A stretch of 26,522 nt of DNA. It comes from a virus (Duplodnaviria > Caudoviricetes). The notes beneath the pieces were generated by a model. That model did no database searches and was not told the DNA's origin. It was given only the letters and a program-made list of their open reading frames with translations. Position numbers and translations under genes: made by a program. The stretch covers positions 1-26,522 of the IMG/VR virus record IMGVR_UViG_3300020045_008443. The stretch is one strand, 5' to 3'. Shown here in pieces: positions 16,751 through 25,835 of this stretch (position 1 is the stretch's first letter; every line of letters begins with the position of its first letter).

Positions 16751-17350
16751 ATGAGAAAAATTATCGTTTACAAGAATGTATTTGACCGAGAATCATTTTT
16801 AGAGTCTGATTTCTCGACCTATCTAAATAATCCGAAATCAATCTTTGATTTCTTCGGGCAAGTTTTCGAGACAGCTTTAGAAGTACCTAAAATCGAGGAC
16901 AAAATACAAAGAAACGATTTCAAGAGGTTATACCTTCCAGCGATGGATTTATCGCAGTCGGGTTTACTCGCTATCGATATTGATGGCATTTCAAACAATA
17001 CTATCTTGCTTGAAAGCGTCAGGGCTAAATTGGTAAATCTCGAATATTGCTATTGCGTGAAAAAAAGCGTTAGCGGTAATTTGGTGGCCTTTTTTAAATA
17101 CTCTTGCTCGGTTGAAGACTACCCCTATTTATACTATAAGCTATACCTAGAGCTTACTTTATTACTTGGTATAAACATAGATTTCCTCCCTGAAATCGGA
17201 AGGCTTCGGTACATAGGATCTTCAGGTTTTGAAATGCTGAACGAGAATTCAAGGGTTATTACCGAAACCTTGAAGGTAGGCACTTTGCCACACATAAGAA
17301 CATCAATGCCAGTTCACAAAGCCCGTAGTATCAAATACGGCTCAAGATAA
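16751..17350 (+). CDS. Stand-alone BT4734/VirE_N-like archaeo-eukaryotic primase-polymerase domain protein
   Basis: KR..LPA, SGLLAIDIDG (DxD), KSVSG and NID.....RLRYI correspond to VirE_N motifs. Confidence 0.65.
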   Translation: MRKIIVYKNVFDRESFLESDFSTYLNNPKSIFDFFGQVFETALEVPKIEDKIQRNDFKRLYLPAMDLSQSGLLAIDIDGISNNTILLESVRAKLVNLEYCYCVKKSVSGNLVAFFKYSCSVEDYPYLYYKLYLELTLLLGINIDFLPEIGRLRYIGSSGFEMLNENSRVITETLKVGTLPHIRTSMPVHKARSIKYGSR

Positions 17351-17351
17351 C

Positions 17352-19307
17352 ATGCCACAAAAACTACACGTTGATATCGAGACTTATAGCTCGGTGGATA
17401 TCAAAACCTCAGGAGCTTACAAATACACCCAGTCCCTCGACTTCGAGATTTTGTTGATAGCTTACGCTTTTGACAATGAACCTGTAAAGGTTATCGAAGA
17501 TAGGAACTTAGCACCGTGGCCTTCGGAGTTTATAGAGGCACTGGTAAACCCACACATAGAGAAACACGCCCACAACGCCAACTTTGAACGCCAAGCCTTC
17601 AAAGCTTATGGTTTTGAAGTACCTATTGAGCAATGGTATTGTTCGGCTGTAAAGTCTGCCTATTGCGGTTTACCCCTATCACTTGATGAAGTGTCCAAGG
17701 CTTTGAAGTTGGAAGAGAAAGGCAAGCTTGCAAGTGGTAAGGCTTTGATCCGTTACTTCTGTATGCCTTGCAAACCAACCAAGGCCAACGGTATGAGAAC
17801 CCGAAATCTTCCGGAACACGATTTAGAGAAGTGGGAGGAGTTCAAAAGGTATTGCGCAAATGACGTGGTCGCGGAACGTGAGATTAACCACAGGCTCAAA
17901 GCCTATTCTATCCCAGACTTCGAGAGAACAAACTACATAATCGACCAAGAGATTAACGACAGGGGTATTTTAATAGATACCGTTTTGGCTCAAAACGCGG
18001 TCGATATCGATGCGAGGTTTAACCTTGAGGTTTCGGGTCGAGTAAAAGAAATTACTAATTTGGAGAATCCGAACAGCCCCGCCCAGCTCAAGAAATGGTT
18101 AGGCGATGCTTTAGGAAAAGAGATAAACACCCTAAACAAGGAATCGGTTTTGGACTTACTCGAGGAGTCTGAGGACGGGGAGGTTTCGGAGGTTCTCCAA
18201 GGTCGGTCGTTAATGGCCAAATCAAGCGTAAAGAAATACGCGGCAATGCTTAATTGTGTTTGTGAAGATGGTAGAGCCCACGGTCTTTTCCAGTTTTACG
18301 GAGCTAACCGAACAGGCCGCTGGGCTGGCAGGCTTATACAATTACAGAACCTACCGCAAAACCACATGAAGAGCTTAGAATTGGCTCGTCAAACGGTCAG
18401 AAGCGGGGACTACGAACTATTAAACATGCTTTATGGAAATGCACCGACTGTTTTATCAGAACTCATACGAACGACCTTTATTGCACCTAGAGGCAAAACT
18501 TTTTCAGTATGTGATTTCAGCGCAATCGAAGCCCGCGTATTATCGTGGCTTGCGGGCGAAAAGTGGAGACTTGAAGTATTTAAAACACACGGTAAGATTT
18601 ACGAGGCGTCCGCTTCCAAGATGTTCAACGTACCGATTGAATCGGTCACGAAAGGGTCGGATTTAAGGCAGAAAGGAAAAATCGCAGAGCTGGCTTTAGG
18701 TTACCAAGGTGGAGTAGGTGCCTTAAAGACTATGGGCGGGGAGAAAATGGGATTGTCTGAATCAGATATGAGTTTGATTGTAAGTAGATGGAGAAAGGCA
18801 AACCCAAGTATCGAGCAGCTATGGGGTGAAGTTGAAAAGGCAGCTATCCAAGCGGTAAAAAATAGAAATACTAAGGCCTTAGATAAATTGGTTTTCAGAA
18901 TGGAGGGTGATATCCTAACGATAAAACTGCCTTCTGGGCGCAAACTCTTCTATGTCAGCCCGAGACTTGCACCAAACCGATTTGGACGAGAAGCGATCAA
19001 GTTTATGGGTATGGAGCAAACAACGAAACGCTGGGGTTGGGTAGAGACGTACGGGGGCAAGTTGGTTGAAAATATTGTACAAGCAATTTCCAGGGATTTA
19101 TTGGCCAACGCTATGCAGCAATTACGCGAAGATGGTTTCGAGATAGTAATGCACGTACATGATGAAGTAGTTTGCGAAGTAGACGAGAACGAAGCGGACG
19201 AGATTCTAAAAGATATGGAGCGGCTTATGTCGATGCACGTTGAATGGGCTGACGGTCTACCCTTGGCCGCTGATGGATATGTAACTAAATTTTATAAGAA
19301 AGAATGA
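17352..19307 (+). CDS. polA: Phage DNA polymerase, family A, with 3'-5' exonuclease
   Basis: Exo: DIETYS, HNANFER, YCANDV. Pol: RTGRWAG..QLQNLP, motif A DFSAIEAR, motif B RQKGKIAELALGY, motif C HVHDE. Confidence 0.95.
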   Translation: MPQKLHVDIETYSSVDIKTSGAYKYTQSLDFEILLIAYAFDNEPVKVIEDRNLAPWPSEFIEALVNPHIEKHAHNANFERQAFKAYGFEVPIEQWYCSAVKSAYCGLPLSLDEVSKALKLEEKGKLASGKALIRYFCMPCKPTKANGMRTRNLPEHDLEKWEEFKRYCANDVVAEREINHRLKAYSIPDFERTNYIIDQEINDRGILIDTVLAQNAVDIDARFNLEVSGRVKEITNLENPNSPAQLKKWLGDALGKEINTLNKESVLDLLEESEDGEVSEVLQGRSLMAKSSVKKYAAMLNCVCEDGRAHGLFQFYGANRTGRWAGRLIQLQNLPQNHMKSLELARQTVRSGDYELLNMLYGNAPTVLSELIRTTFIAPRGKTFSVCDFSAIEARVLSWLAGEKWRLEVFKTHGKIYEASASKMFNVPIESVTKGSDLRQKGKIAELALGYQGGVGALKTMGGEKMGLSESDMSLIVSRWRKANPSIEQLWGEVEKAAIQAVKNRNTKALDKLVFRMEGDILTIKLPSGRKLFYVSPRLAPNRFGREAIKFMGMEQTTKRWGWVETYGGKLVENIVQAISRDLLANAMQQLREDGFEIVMHVHDEVVCEVDENEADEILKDMERLMSMHVEWADGLPLAADGYVTKFYKKE

Positions 19308-19552
19308 TACCAGTTAACCTTTTACTCGAAGCGATACTCCGATTACCGAATCCGAAGTATTTTCATAACGATGAGTACAGAGTGCCGTTGATTCACGCAA
19401 AGCCTTTATCCCCTAGATTTTTCAGCCATCCTGAAGAGGAGACTACAGAAGTCTTAGAGTTTCGTTTTAGAAAAATGAACAACGAATGGGCTTTCGTGGA
19501 AATGAAAAAGCAAGGTGATGACCCGATGTTTAATTTTAAAGGCCTAGAGTAA
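19304..19552 (+). CDS. Hypothetical protein
   Basis: 82 aa, ATGA-coupled to the polymerase. Confidence 0.6.
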   Translation: MIPVNLLLEAILRLPNPKYFHNDEYRVPLIHAKPLSPRFFSHPEEETTEVLEFRFRKMNNEWAFVEMKKQGDDPMFNFKGLE

Positions 19553-19571
19553 TAAATATATTACAAAATGT

Positions 19572-19602
19572 TTGCATGAAAGTAATCTATTTATTACCTT
19601 TG
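19572..19602 (+). promoter_or_regulatory. Bacteroidota sigma70 promoter
   Basis: TTG (19572-74), 20-nt spacer, TACCTTTG (19595-19602); exact consensus. Confidence 0.75.
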
Positions 19603-19625
19603 ATCCATACTTAAACGAAACTATC

Positions 19626-19817
19626 ATGACACCCCTACAATTGCAAAAATATTCAGATGCTAAGAAATCTTTCAAAAAAGACGTAATGCTGTTTAAAAAC
19701 AGAAAAAATTACGGCTCAGAATTGAAGCGCGTAGAGGTGTTAAAGAAGGAAGTGGCCAGTTTCCAGATAATGAGCCTTTCAAAAGATGTAGATTGTTTTT
19801 TATTCAACTTAGCGTAA
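19626..19817 (+). CDS. Hypothetical protein (63 aa)
   Basis: ATG 19626 lies downstream of the promoter. The ORF-track TTG start at 19572 is the -33 element. Confidence 0.6.
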   Translation: MTPLQLQKYSDAKKSFKKDVMLFKNRKNYGSELKRVEVLKKEVASFQIMSLSKDVDCFLFNLA

Positions 19818-19818
19818 T

Positions 19819-19998
19819 ATGAACAATTGTAGTAACTGCAAGCACTGGGGTAAAGAAACCAAGGATATAGGTTGGAGGGTGTGCGATAAAATCACTACCA
19901 GCCCAGATTTAGTAAAGGACATATCAGACAAGATAAAACCCGATGGAGTTTTTGAATCTAAGGGTTTTTTCAGTTGTACGCACCACGAAATAAAATGA
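19819..19998 (+). CDS. Small Cys/His-rich putative zinc-binding protein (59 aa, absent from ORF track)
   Basis: MNNCSNCKHW...RVCDK...FSCTHHEIK*. Starts 1 nt after the previous stop and overlaps the next start (ATGA). Confidence 0.7.
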   Translation: MNNCSNCKHWGKETKDIGWRVCDKITTSPDLVKDISDKIKPDGVFESKGFFSCTHHEIK

Positions 19999-20186
19999 CA
20001 AACCACGATAAATTCAAAGCCTTGTTGGTTAAGCTGGGTCTTAATTACAAGGAACTCGCGACCATGCTCGACATGGAGCCCTCGAGCGTAAAAAACCAAT
20101 TGAGCAAGACTAAAGAGCTACCGCGGTGGGCTAAGTCGATGCTTATAGTAGAAATGTTAACTGAAGAAACTAACACTACCCTGTGA
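19995..20186 (+). CDS. Small HTH DNA-binding protein
   Basis: MTNHDKFKALLVKLGLNYKELATMLDMEPSSVKNQLS, an XRE-like helix-turn-helix. Confidence 0.7.
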   Translation: MTNHDKFKALLVKLGLNYKELATMLDMEPSSVKNQLSKTKELPRWAKSMLIVEMLTEETNTTL

Positions 20187-22573
20187 AATACAATGGCTCT
20201 TTAAATTTAGCGGTCGGAATGTCCGCTAAGTCGAAATCTTGGAAAAATAAAAAATACACTTGGTCGGAGCTTGTCGATAGATTGTCGGAGGAGCATAAAA
20301 CGACCGAGACCTTTAAAGAGTTTATAGCAGCTTCGAAAGAAGATCAATTCAAAATTAAGGACGTTGGCGGCTACGTTGGCGGCTATCTCCGTAATGGCCG
20401 AAGGAATCCTTCTAATGTCGTAAACCGCCAACTCCTTACCTTAGATATTGATTTCGCACATAAAGATTTCTGGGACGATTTCACGCTGCAATTCTCGAAC
20501 GCCGCCGTATTACATGCCACTCATAAGCACTGCGAAACCTCACCAAGGTATCGGCTTATCATGCCTCTGTCACGTGAGTGTTCACCCGACGAGTATGTAG
20601 CAACTGCCAGACAGATAGCTGGCACGCTTGGAATAGACCTTTTCGACAATACCACTTTCGAGACTAACAGGCTTATGTTCTGGCCTTCTAACCCGAAAGA
20701 CGTTGACTATTATTTCGAGGTACAGGACGGGGCTTGGATAGATGTTGACGAAGTTCTGGCAACCTACCAAGATTGGACGGACTCAAGTTTGTGGCCAACA
20801 GCCGATAGGAAGTTCCAAGAAGTAAGGGACGCGGCTAAGAAGCTAGAAGACCCTGAGCATAAGAAGGGCATAGTCGGGGCGTTTTGTCGTACCTACTCGA
20901 TTGCGGAAGTGATTGAGAAATTCTTATCAGACATTTACGTACCTACGGCCCTAGACGATAGATATACTTATCTGAAAGGCACGGCCTCCGCTGGCCTTAT
21001 TGTCTACGAAGATAAATTCGCTTACTCGCACCACGGAACGGATCCATGTGGGGGTAAACTCTGCAATTCTTTTGACTTGGTCCGAATCCACCTTTACGGG
21101 CATTTGGACGCTGACGGTGTTAACGGAAAGCCAAAGAGCTTTGCAGCGATGGAGGAAATGGTTAGGGCTGACAAGGCGGTCAAGAAAATAATCGCAGCCG
21201 AAAATATCCAAGAGTCGAAGTATGATTTTAGCGAAGACTTGGAGGAGGCCGAAGCGGTAGAGTCTGACGATATAGAATGGATGCAAGAGCTAGAAGTCGA
21301 CTCGAAGGGAAACTACCTTTCAACCTCGATAAATCTAAACATGATATTCGCCAATGACTCAAGGCTTAAAAAACTTTTCAGGCAAAACGATTTTGACGGT
21401 AAGCGGTATGTGTTCAATACTCTGCCTTGGCGAAAGGTGCCAACGCCAGAACCGATTCGAAGTGTGGACTACTCGGGGGTGAGGAACTACATTGAGAGCA
21501 TTTACGGGATTACAGGCACTTTGAAAATAGATGATTCAATAGCCCTCGAGTTTGAAAAGAACCACTATCACCCTATACTTGATTACTTGAGGGGTCTAGA
21601 ATGGGACGGTACAAAACGAATAGATAGAATATTGATCGACTTATTGGGTGCTGAAGATAATATCTACTCAAAGGAGGCCATTAGAAAAATGTTGGTCGGA
21701 GCCGTTGCACGGGTTTTCAACCCGGGTGTTAAATTCGATTTAGTTCTTACGTTGGTAAGTGACCAAGGCACGGGCAAAAGTTCATTGCTTAAAGCTTTGG
21801 GTAAAAAATGGTTCTCGGATACTTTCTTGACCGTGCAAGGTAAAGAAGCCCTCGAGCAAATACAAGGCGCGTGGCTTATCGAAATGGCCGAACTGTCAGG
21901 ACTTAGAAAGGCGGAGGTTGAAAGCGTTAAGCATTTCATTTCCAAACAGGAAGATACTTTCAGACCCGCTTACGCCCGTACCTCCGAGACCTATCCGCGC
22001 CAATGTGTATTCTTTGGTACGACCAATAATAAGGATTTCTTGCGGGATCCATCGGGGAATAGAAGATTTATGCCCGTGGACACCCACAACGTAAAACTAG
22101 TCGATAACAAGCCCTTACTTAAGTTTTTGGCTTCGGATAACGAAATTAATCAAGTGTGGGCGGAGGCGGTGCACCTTTACAGAAATGGTGAAAAGCTGTA
22201 TCTAAGTGCGGAGGCTGAAGCAATCGCCTACATGGAGCAGAAGCGACATAGCGAGGTTGACGAACGCGCGGGACTTATAGAGGAGTATTTGAGTAAGAAA
22301 TTACCAAGTAATTGGGATACTCTCGACTCTTTCGAGCGTAGAACTTTTCTAAACGACCCACTCAGCGCAGAAGGCACGATTTATAGAGAGTTTGTTTGCG
22401 TAGCCGAAATATGGTGTGAGTGTTTGGGTAAAGCCAAAGAAGAAATGGACAGGTACAAGACCCGCGAGATAAACGACATCTTGCGGAGCCTTGACGGGTG
22501 GGAGCAGAACCGTTCCACACGGAACTTTAAGATATACGGGAAACAGAAGTATTACACTAGAAAATTAGATTGA
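20183..22573 (+). CDS. Primase-helicase: N-terminal AEP domain plus VirE/VapE P-loop ATPase
   Basis: DVGGYVGG, LTLDID, HATHKH..PRYRL, LMFWPS, YSHHGTDP, PGVKFD, Walker A QGTGKS, FRPAYAR, GTTN...FLRDPSGNRRF. Confidence 0.92.
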   Translation: MKYNGSLNLAVGMSAKSKSWKNKKYTWSELVDRLSEEHKTTETFKEFIAASKEDQFKIKDVGGYVGGYLRNGRRNPSNVVNRQLLTLDIDFAHKDFWDDFTLQFSNAAVLHATHKHCETSPRYRLIMPLSRECSPDEYVATARQIAGTLGIDLFDNTTFETNRLMFWPSNPKDVDYYFEVQDGAWIDVDEVLATYQDWTDSSLWPTADRKFQEVRDAAKKLEDPEHKKGIVGAFCRTYSIAEVIEKFLSDIYVPTALDDRYTYLKGTASAGLIVYEDKFAYSHHGTDPCGGKLCNSFDLVRIHLYGHLDADGVNGKPKSFAAMEEMVRADKAVKKIIAAENIQESKYDFSEDLEEAEAVESDDIEWMQELEVDSKGNYLSTSINLNMIFANDSRLKKLFRQNDFDGKRYVFNTLPWRKVPTPEPIRSVDYSGVRNYIESIYGITGTLKIDDSIALEFEKNHYHPILDYLRGLEWDGTKRIDRILIDLLGAEDNIYSKEAIRKMLVGAVARVFNPGVKFDLVLTLVSDQGTGKSSLLKALGKKWFSDTFLTVQGKEALEQIQGAWLIEMAELSGLRKAEVESVKHFISKQEDTFRPAYARTSETYPRQCVFFGTTNNKDFLRDPSGNRRFMPVDTHNVKLVDNKPLLKFLASDNEINQVWAEAVHLYRNGEKLYLSAEAEAIAYMEQKRHSEVDERAGLIEEYLSKKLPSNWDTLDSFERRTFLNDPLSAEGTIYREFVCVAEIWCECLGKAKEEMDRYKTREINDILRSLDGWEQNRSTRNFKIYGKQKYYTRKLD

Positions 22574-22575
22574 TT

Positions 22576-23505
22576 ATGAATGTATTGAGCCTTTTCGATG
22601 GAATGAGTTGCGGACAAATTGCCCTTAATAGAGCGGGGATTAAGTATGAAAAATATTTTGCAAGTGAGATCGATAAGCATGCAATATTTATAACTCAATT
22701 TAATTACCCAGACACTATACAGCTTGGAGATGTTACAAGACTTAAATTAAAGGAACTGCCAAAAATAGATCTATTAATAGGTGGTAGCCCCTGCCAAGGG
22801 TTCAGTTTTGCAGGTAAATTAAAAGGGGCTTCAACAAGTGCTAATATTGAAATACTCGCTTTAGAGCAGTATGAAGATTTAGTATTTGATGAGTTTAAAT
22901 TTGAAGGACAATCTTATTTATTTTGGGAGTATGTGAAAATATTGAGGTACTTAAAGCCAAAGCATTTCCTTTTAGAAAACACTTTGATGCTACCTAAGTG
23001 GAAAAAGATAATAACGGAAGCCTTAGGAGTAGAACCTATAATGTTAAATTCTAGCTCTGTTTCAGCCCAAAGCCGAAAAAGATTGTATTGGACAAACCTG
23101 CCTTACTTTGAGGAGCCAGAAGATAAAGGGCTACTCCTAAAAGATGTGATGGAAAAAGACGTAGATTCTAAATACTTCATAACTGAAAGGTTCAAGGCTA
23201 AAAGGCCCGGCACTCTAGCCTTTAAAAAGGCTCACAGCAACATAAGAACCCCTGAGCAGAAATCCAAAACATTAACCACTGGCGGACATGGAATTTCTAA
23301 TTCAGGTTCAACTAACATTTTATTACCTTCTGGAGAGCTTAGAATCCCCACGCCTTTAGAAGCTGAAAGGCTTCAAACGGTTCCAGACCACTATACCAGT
23401 TGCTTAAAGCTAGATAGTCACAGAAACCACGCTTTAGGCAACGGTTGGACAATTGATATAATAGCCCATTTTTTCAAGTACTTAGATTTAGAGGACTTAT
23501 GGTAG
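22576..23505 (+). CDS. C5 cytosine DNA methyltransferase (orphan)
   Basis: VLSLFDG (motif I), ASEID, GGSPCQGFS (motif IV), LEN, AQSRKRLYW, EAERLQ, LGNGW. Confidence 0.93.
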   Translation: MNVLSLFDGMSCGQIALNRAGIKYEKYFASEIDKHAIFITQFNYPDTIQLGDVTRLKLKELPKIDLLIGGSPCQGFSFAGKLKGASTSANIEILALEQYEDLVFDEFKFEGQSYLFWEYVKILRYLKPKHFLLENTLMLPKWKKIITEALGVEPIMLNSSSVSAQSRKRLYWTNLPYFEEPEDKGLLLKDVMEKDVDSKYFITERFKAKRPGTLAFKKAHSNIRTPEQKSKTLTTGGHGISNSGSTNILLPSGELRIPTPLEAERLQTVPDHYTSCLKLDSHRNHALGNGWTIDIIAHFFKYLDLEDLW

Positions 23506-23801
23506 AATCTGAAAAAGACCTCGAAAGGAAACTCTGTAAAGATGTAGAGTTTAAACTTGGAGGCGTGGCTTGGAAATGGTTTTCAATCCATATCTCGGGT
23601 TTGCCTGATCGGATTGTCTTGCTTCCAGGTGGTCGGGTCTTCTTCGTGGAGCTTAAAACCACGGGGAAATATATCTCTCCAATCCAACGGAGCGTACATA
23701 AAAAATTGCAAAAACTCGGCTTCCGTGTGGAGGTCGTAGATAGTTCGGAACAAATTGATAAATTAATAGAAGATTATGAACCTAAGAGAGATAGTATTTA
23801 G
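23499..23801 (+). CDS. VRR-NUC domain nuclease
   Basis: EKDLE...GG...K...GLPDRIVL...FVELK....Q...H..L...GF.V.V. Confidence 0.9.
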   Translation: MVESEKDLERKLCKDVEFKLGGVAWKWFSIHISGLPDRIVLLPGGRVFFVELKTTGKYISPIQRSVHKKLQKLGFRVEVVDSSEQIDKLIEDYEPKRDSI

Positions 23802-23979
23802 ACCCGACAACCAACCTATCGAGCAAGACGAAGCTTTGTTTGTCTTGGCCGCTTACATAAGAGTCCGTACAGGAGTAGAAGCCAAACCTTACGTGACCGC
23901 TGACGAAGGTGTAAAAACCCTTGCTATTTTTGCTAGAATAGCGACTACTTGGTTCCGTCAAAATCCACAAGCCATTTAA
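23776..23979 (+). CDS. Hypothetical protein
   Basis: 67 aa within the operon. Confidence 0.55.
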   Translation: MNLREIVFRPDNQPIEQDEALFVLAAYIRVRTGVEAKPYVTADEGVKTLAIFARIATTWFRQNPQAI

Positions 23980-23991
23980 ACAACTAAATAT

Positions 23992-24252
23992 ATGTTCACA
24001 CTTAGAAAAATCACAGGTGAAAACGTCCAAATGAACATTTCGCTTGGCAAGTCCTACGATTACATTGGGAAACAGGAGAGTCCTGAAGCCTTCGAAAGAA
24101 CGCTGGATTTCGTCTGCAAAAGGCTGAACGAAGAGATTATCTACGCCTTCGTGAGTGATGAAAACGGGAGGGAAACATACCCGCTTTACAAGACCCATAA
24201 AAATTATATCTTAACTGAAAACGGTAAGACGTTCGCGGATGTTAACCTTTAA
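23992..24252 (+). CDS. Hypothetical protein
   Basis: 86 aa with A-rich leader, within the operon. Confidence 0.65.
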   Translation: MFTLRKITGENVQMNISLGKSYDYIGKQESPEAFERTLDFVCKRLNEEIIYAFVSDENGRETYPLYKTHKNYILTENGKTFADVNL

Positions 24253-25630
24253 CGACCTCCACGAATATCAGACGACAGCCGTTGAGCACATGTGGGTTAA
24301 TACCCACTGCGCTTTGTTCCTAGAAATGGGACTTGGGAAGACGGTGTCAACGCTTACACATATCGAGCGGCTTATCTACCAAGAGCTAGAAGCCTCTAAG
24401 GTATTGGTCGTTGCCCCCAAGCGTGTGGCGGAGTCGGTTTGGGATGCTGAGATATCGAAGTGGGCACACCTTAAACACCTTAAGGTGTCCAAGATTATAG
24501 GCTCGGACAAAGAAAGGCGCAAAGCCCTTGCGGCCAAGGCCGATATCTACACGATAGGCAGAGATAATATCGCTTGGCTTTGCGGTTTGTACGGGGGTTC
24601 GATGCTGCCTTTCGATATGTTGGTGATAGACGAGCTCAGTAGCTTCAAAAATCCGAAATCGGTAAGGTTCAAAGCCCTTAGAAGTGTTCAACCTTCCTTC
24701 AAACGCGTGATAGGTTTGACGGGCACGCCTACGCCAAACGGACTTATTGACTTATGGAGCCAGATTTATTTGTTAGACCGTGGGCAAAGACTTGGTAAGT
24801 TCGTCTCACATTTCCGCGAGGACTATTTCCACGCAACCAAAAAGAACGGGCATATTACTTACGCTTACGGACTCAACAAAGACGCGGAGGAAAGGATTTA
24901 TAACAAGATTGGTGATATATGTATGTCGATGAAGGCGAAGGATTATCTCGAGTTGCCGGGCAGAATAGACAATATTATCAAAATCGTTTTGCCGAAGGAC
25001 GTACAGGATCAATACGACGCTTTCGAGCGTGAAAAGGTCTTGGAAATATTCGCACTAGAAGACGATAAAGAAATTTCTGCGGTCAATGCAGCCGCTTTGT
25101 CGAACAAACTCTTGCAGTTTGCCAACGGCGCGGTTTACGACTCTGTCAAGGGGTACCATATTGTACACGACTTGAAGATAGAAGCCGTTAAGGATATCAT
25201 CGAAGATGCCAACGGGAAAAGCGTTTTGATTGCCTGGACCTATAAATCGGACGAAGCCAGACTATTGGAAGCTTTGAAGAAATATAAACCTAAGGCCTTG
25301 AAAACGGATAAGGACATAAACGACTGGAACGAAGGCAAAACGCAAGTAATGTTGATGCACCCAGCAAGCGGAGGCCACGGTCTAAACTTGCAATCGGGCG
25401 GACACATTATCGTTTGGTTTGGTCAAACATGGTCTTTGGAGTTGGAGCAGCAATTTAACGCCCGTCTTGATAGGCAGGGACAAAAAGAAGTTGTAATTAT
25501 TAACAAACTCGTTGCCAGTAAAACGATTGACGAGGATGTTATTGCCGCCCAAGAGGGCAAAGCAGCAAGTCAGGACGGATTAATGGAGGCGGTTAAAGCT
25601 AGAATCAAAAAATATGCAAAACATCTATAA
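24239..25630 (+). CDS. SNF2-family (SF2) helicase
   Basis: LHEYQ, MGLGKT, VAPKRVA, DELS, LTGTP, KLLQFANG, HGLNLQ, QFNARLDRQGQ. Confidence 0.93.
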   Translation: MLTFNDLHEYQTTAVEHMWVNTHCALFLEMGLGKTVSTLTHIERLIYQELEASKVLVVAPKRVAESVWDAEISKWAHLKHLKVSKIIGSDKERRKALAAKADIYTIGRDNIAWLCGLYGGSMLPFDMLVIDELSSFKNPKSVRFKALRSVQPSFKRVIGLTGTPTPNGLIDLWSQIYLLDRGQRLGKFVSHFREDYFHATKKNGHITYAYGLNKDAEERIYNKIGDICMSMKAKDYLELPGRIDNIIKIVLPKDVQDQYDAFEREKVLEIFALEDDKEISAVNAAALSNKLLQFANGAVYDSVKGYHIVHDLKIEAVKDIIEDANGKSVLIAWTYKSDEARLLEALKKYKPKALKTDKDINDWNEGKTQVMLMHPASGGHGLNLQSGGHIIVWFGQTWSLELEQQFNARLDRQGQKEVVIINKLVASKTIDEDVIAAQEGKAASQDGLMEAVKARIKKYAKHL

Positions 25631-25835
25631 AGGGTTAAATATTTTATCGTTTTACGGTTCGAACGTTCGTGTGAAAGCGGTTTACGATAAGTTACAAAGA
25701 GCGGCTTTGTTGTGGGAAAGGCTAGACGAAGCTGTTTACGCTGAAGATCATGACGCTATTTCGGAGGAGTACGATGATATACAAGCAGAGGTCTGGAAAG
25801 AGTTAAGACAAATCGCCAAACAAGGCCATGTTTAA
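25614..25835 (+). CDS. Hypothetical protein
   Basis: 73 aa overlapping both neighbours. Confidence 0.55.
   Translation: MQNIYKGLNILSFYGSNVRVKAVYDKLQRAALLWERLDEAVYAEDHDAISEEYDDIQAEVWKELRQIAKQGHV

Noticed and set aside
16557-16754. 65-aa plus-strand ORF (and 16281..16517 minus ORF)
   Set aside because: They overlap strongly structured RNA elements and have no protein-like features; probably spurious.
20361-20384. Short direct repeat ACGTTGGCGGCT in the primase gene
   Set aside because: Encodes the conserved DVGGYVGG motif.
17352-25630. Introns or inteins in polymerase, primase or helicase
   Set aside because: Lengths and motif spacing are normal; no intein or intron signatures noticed.
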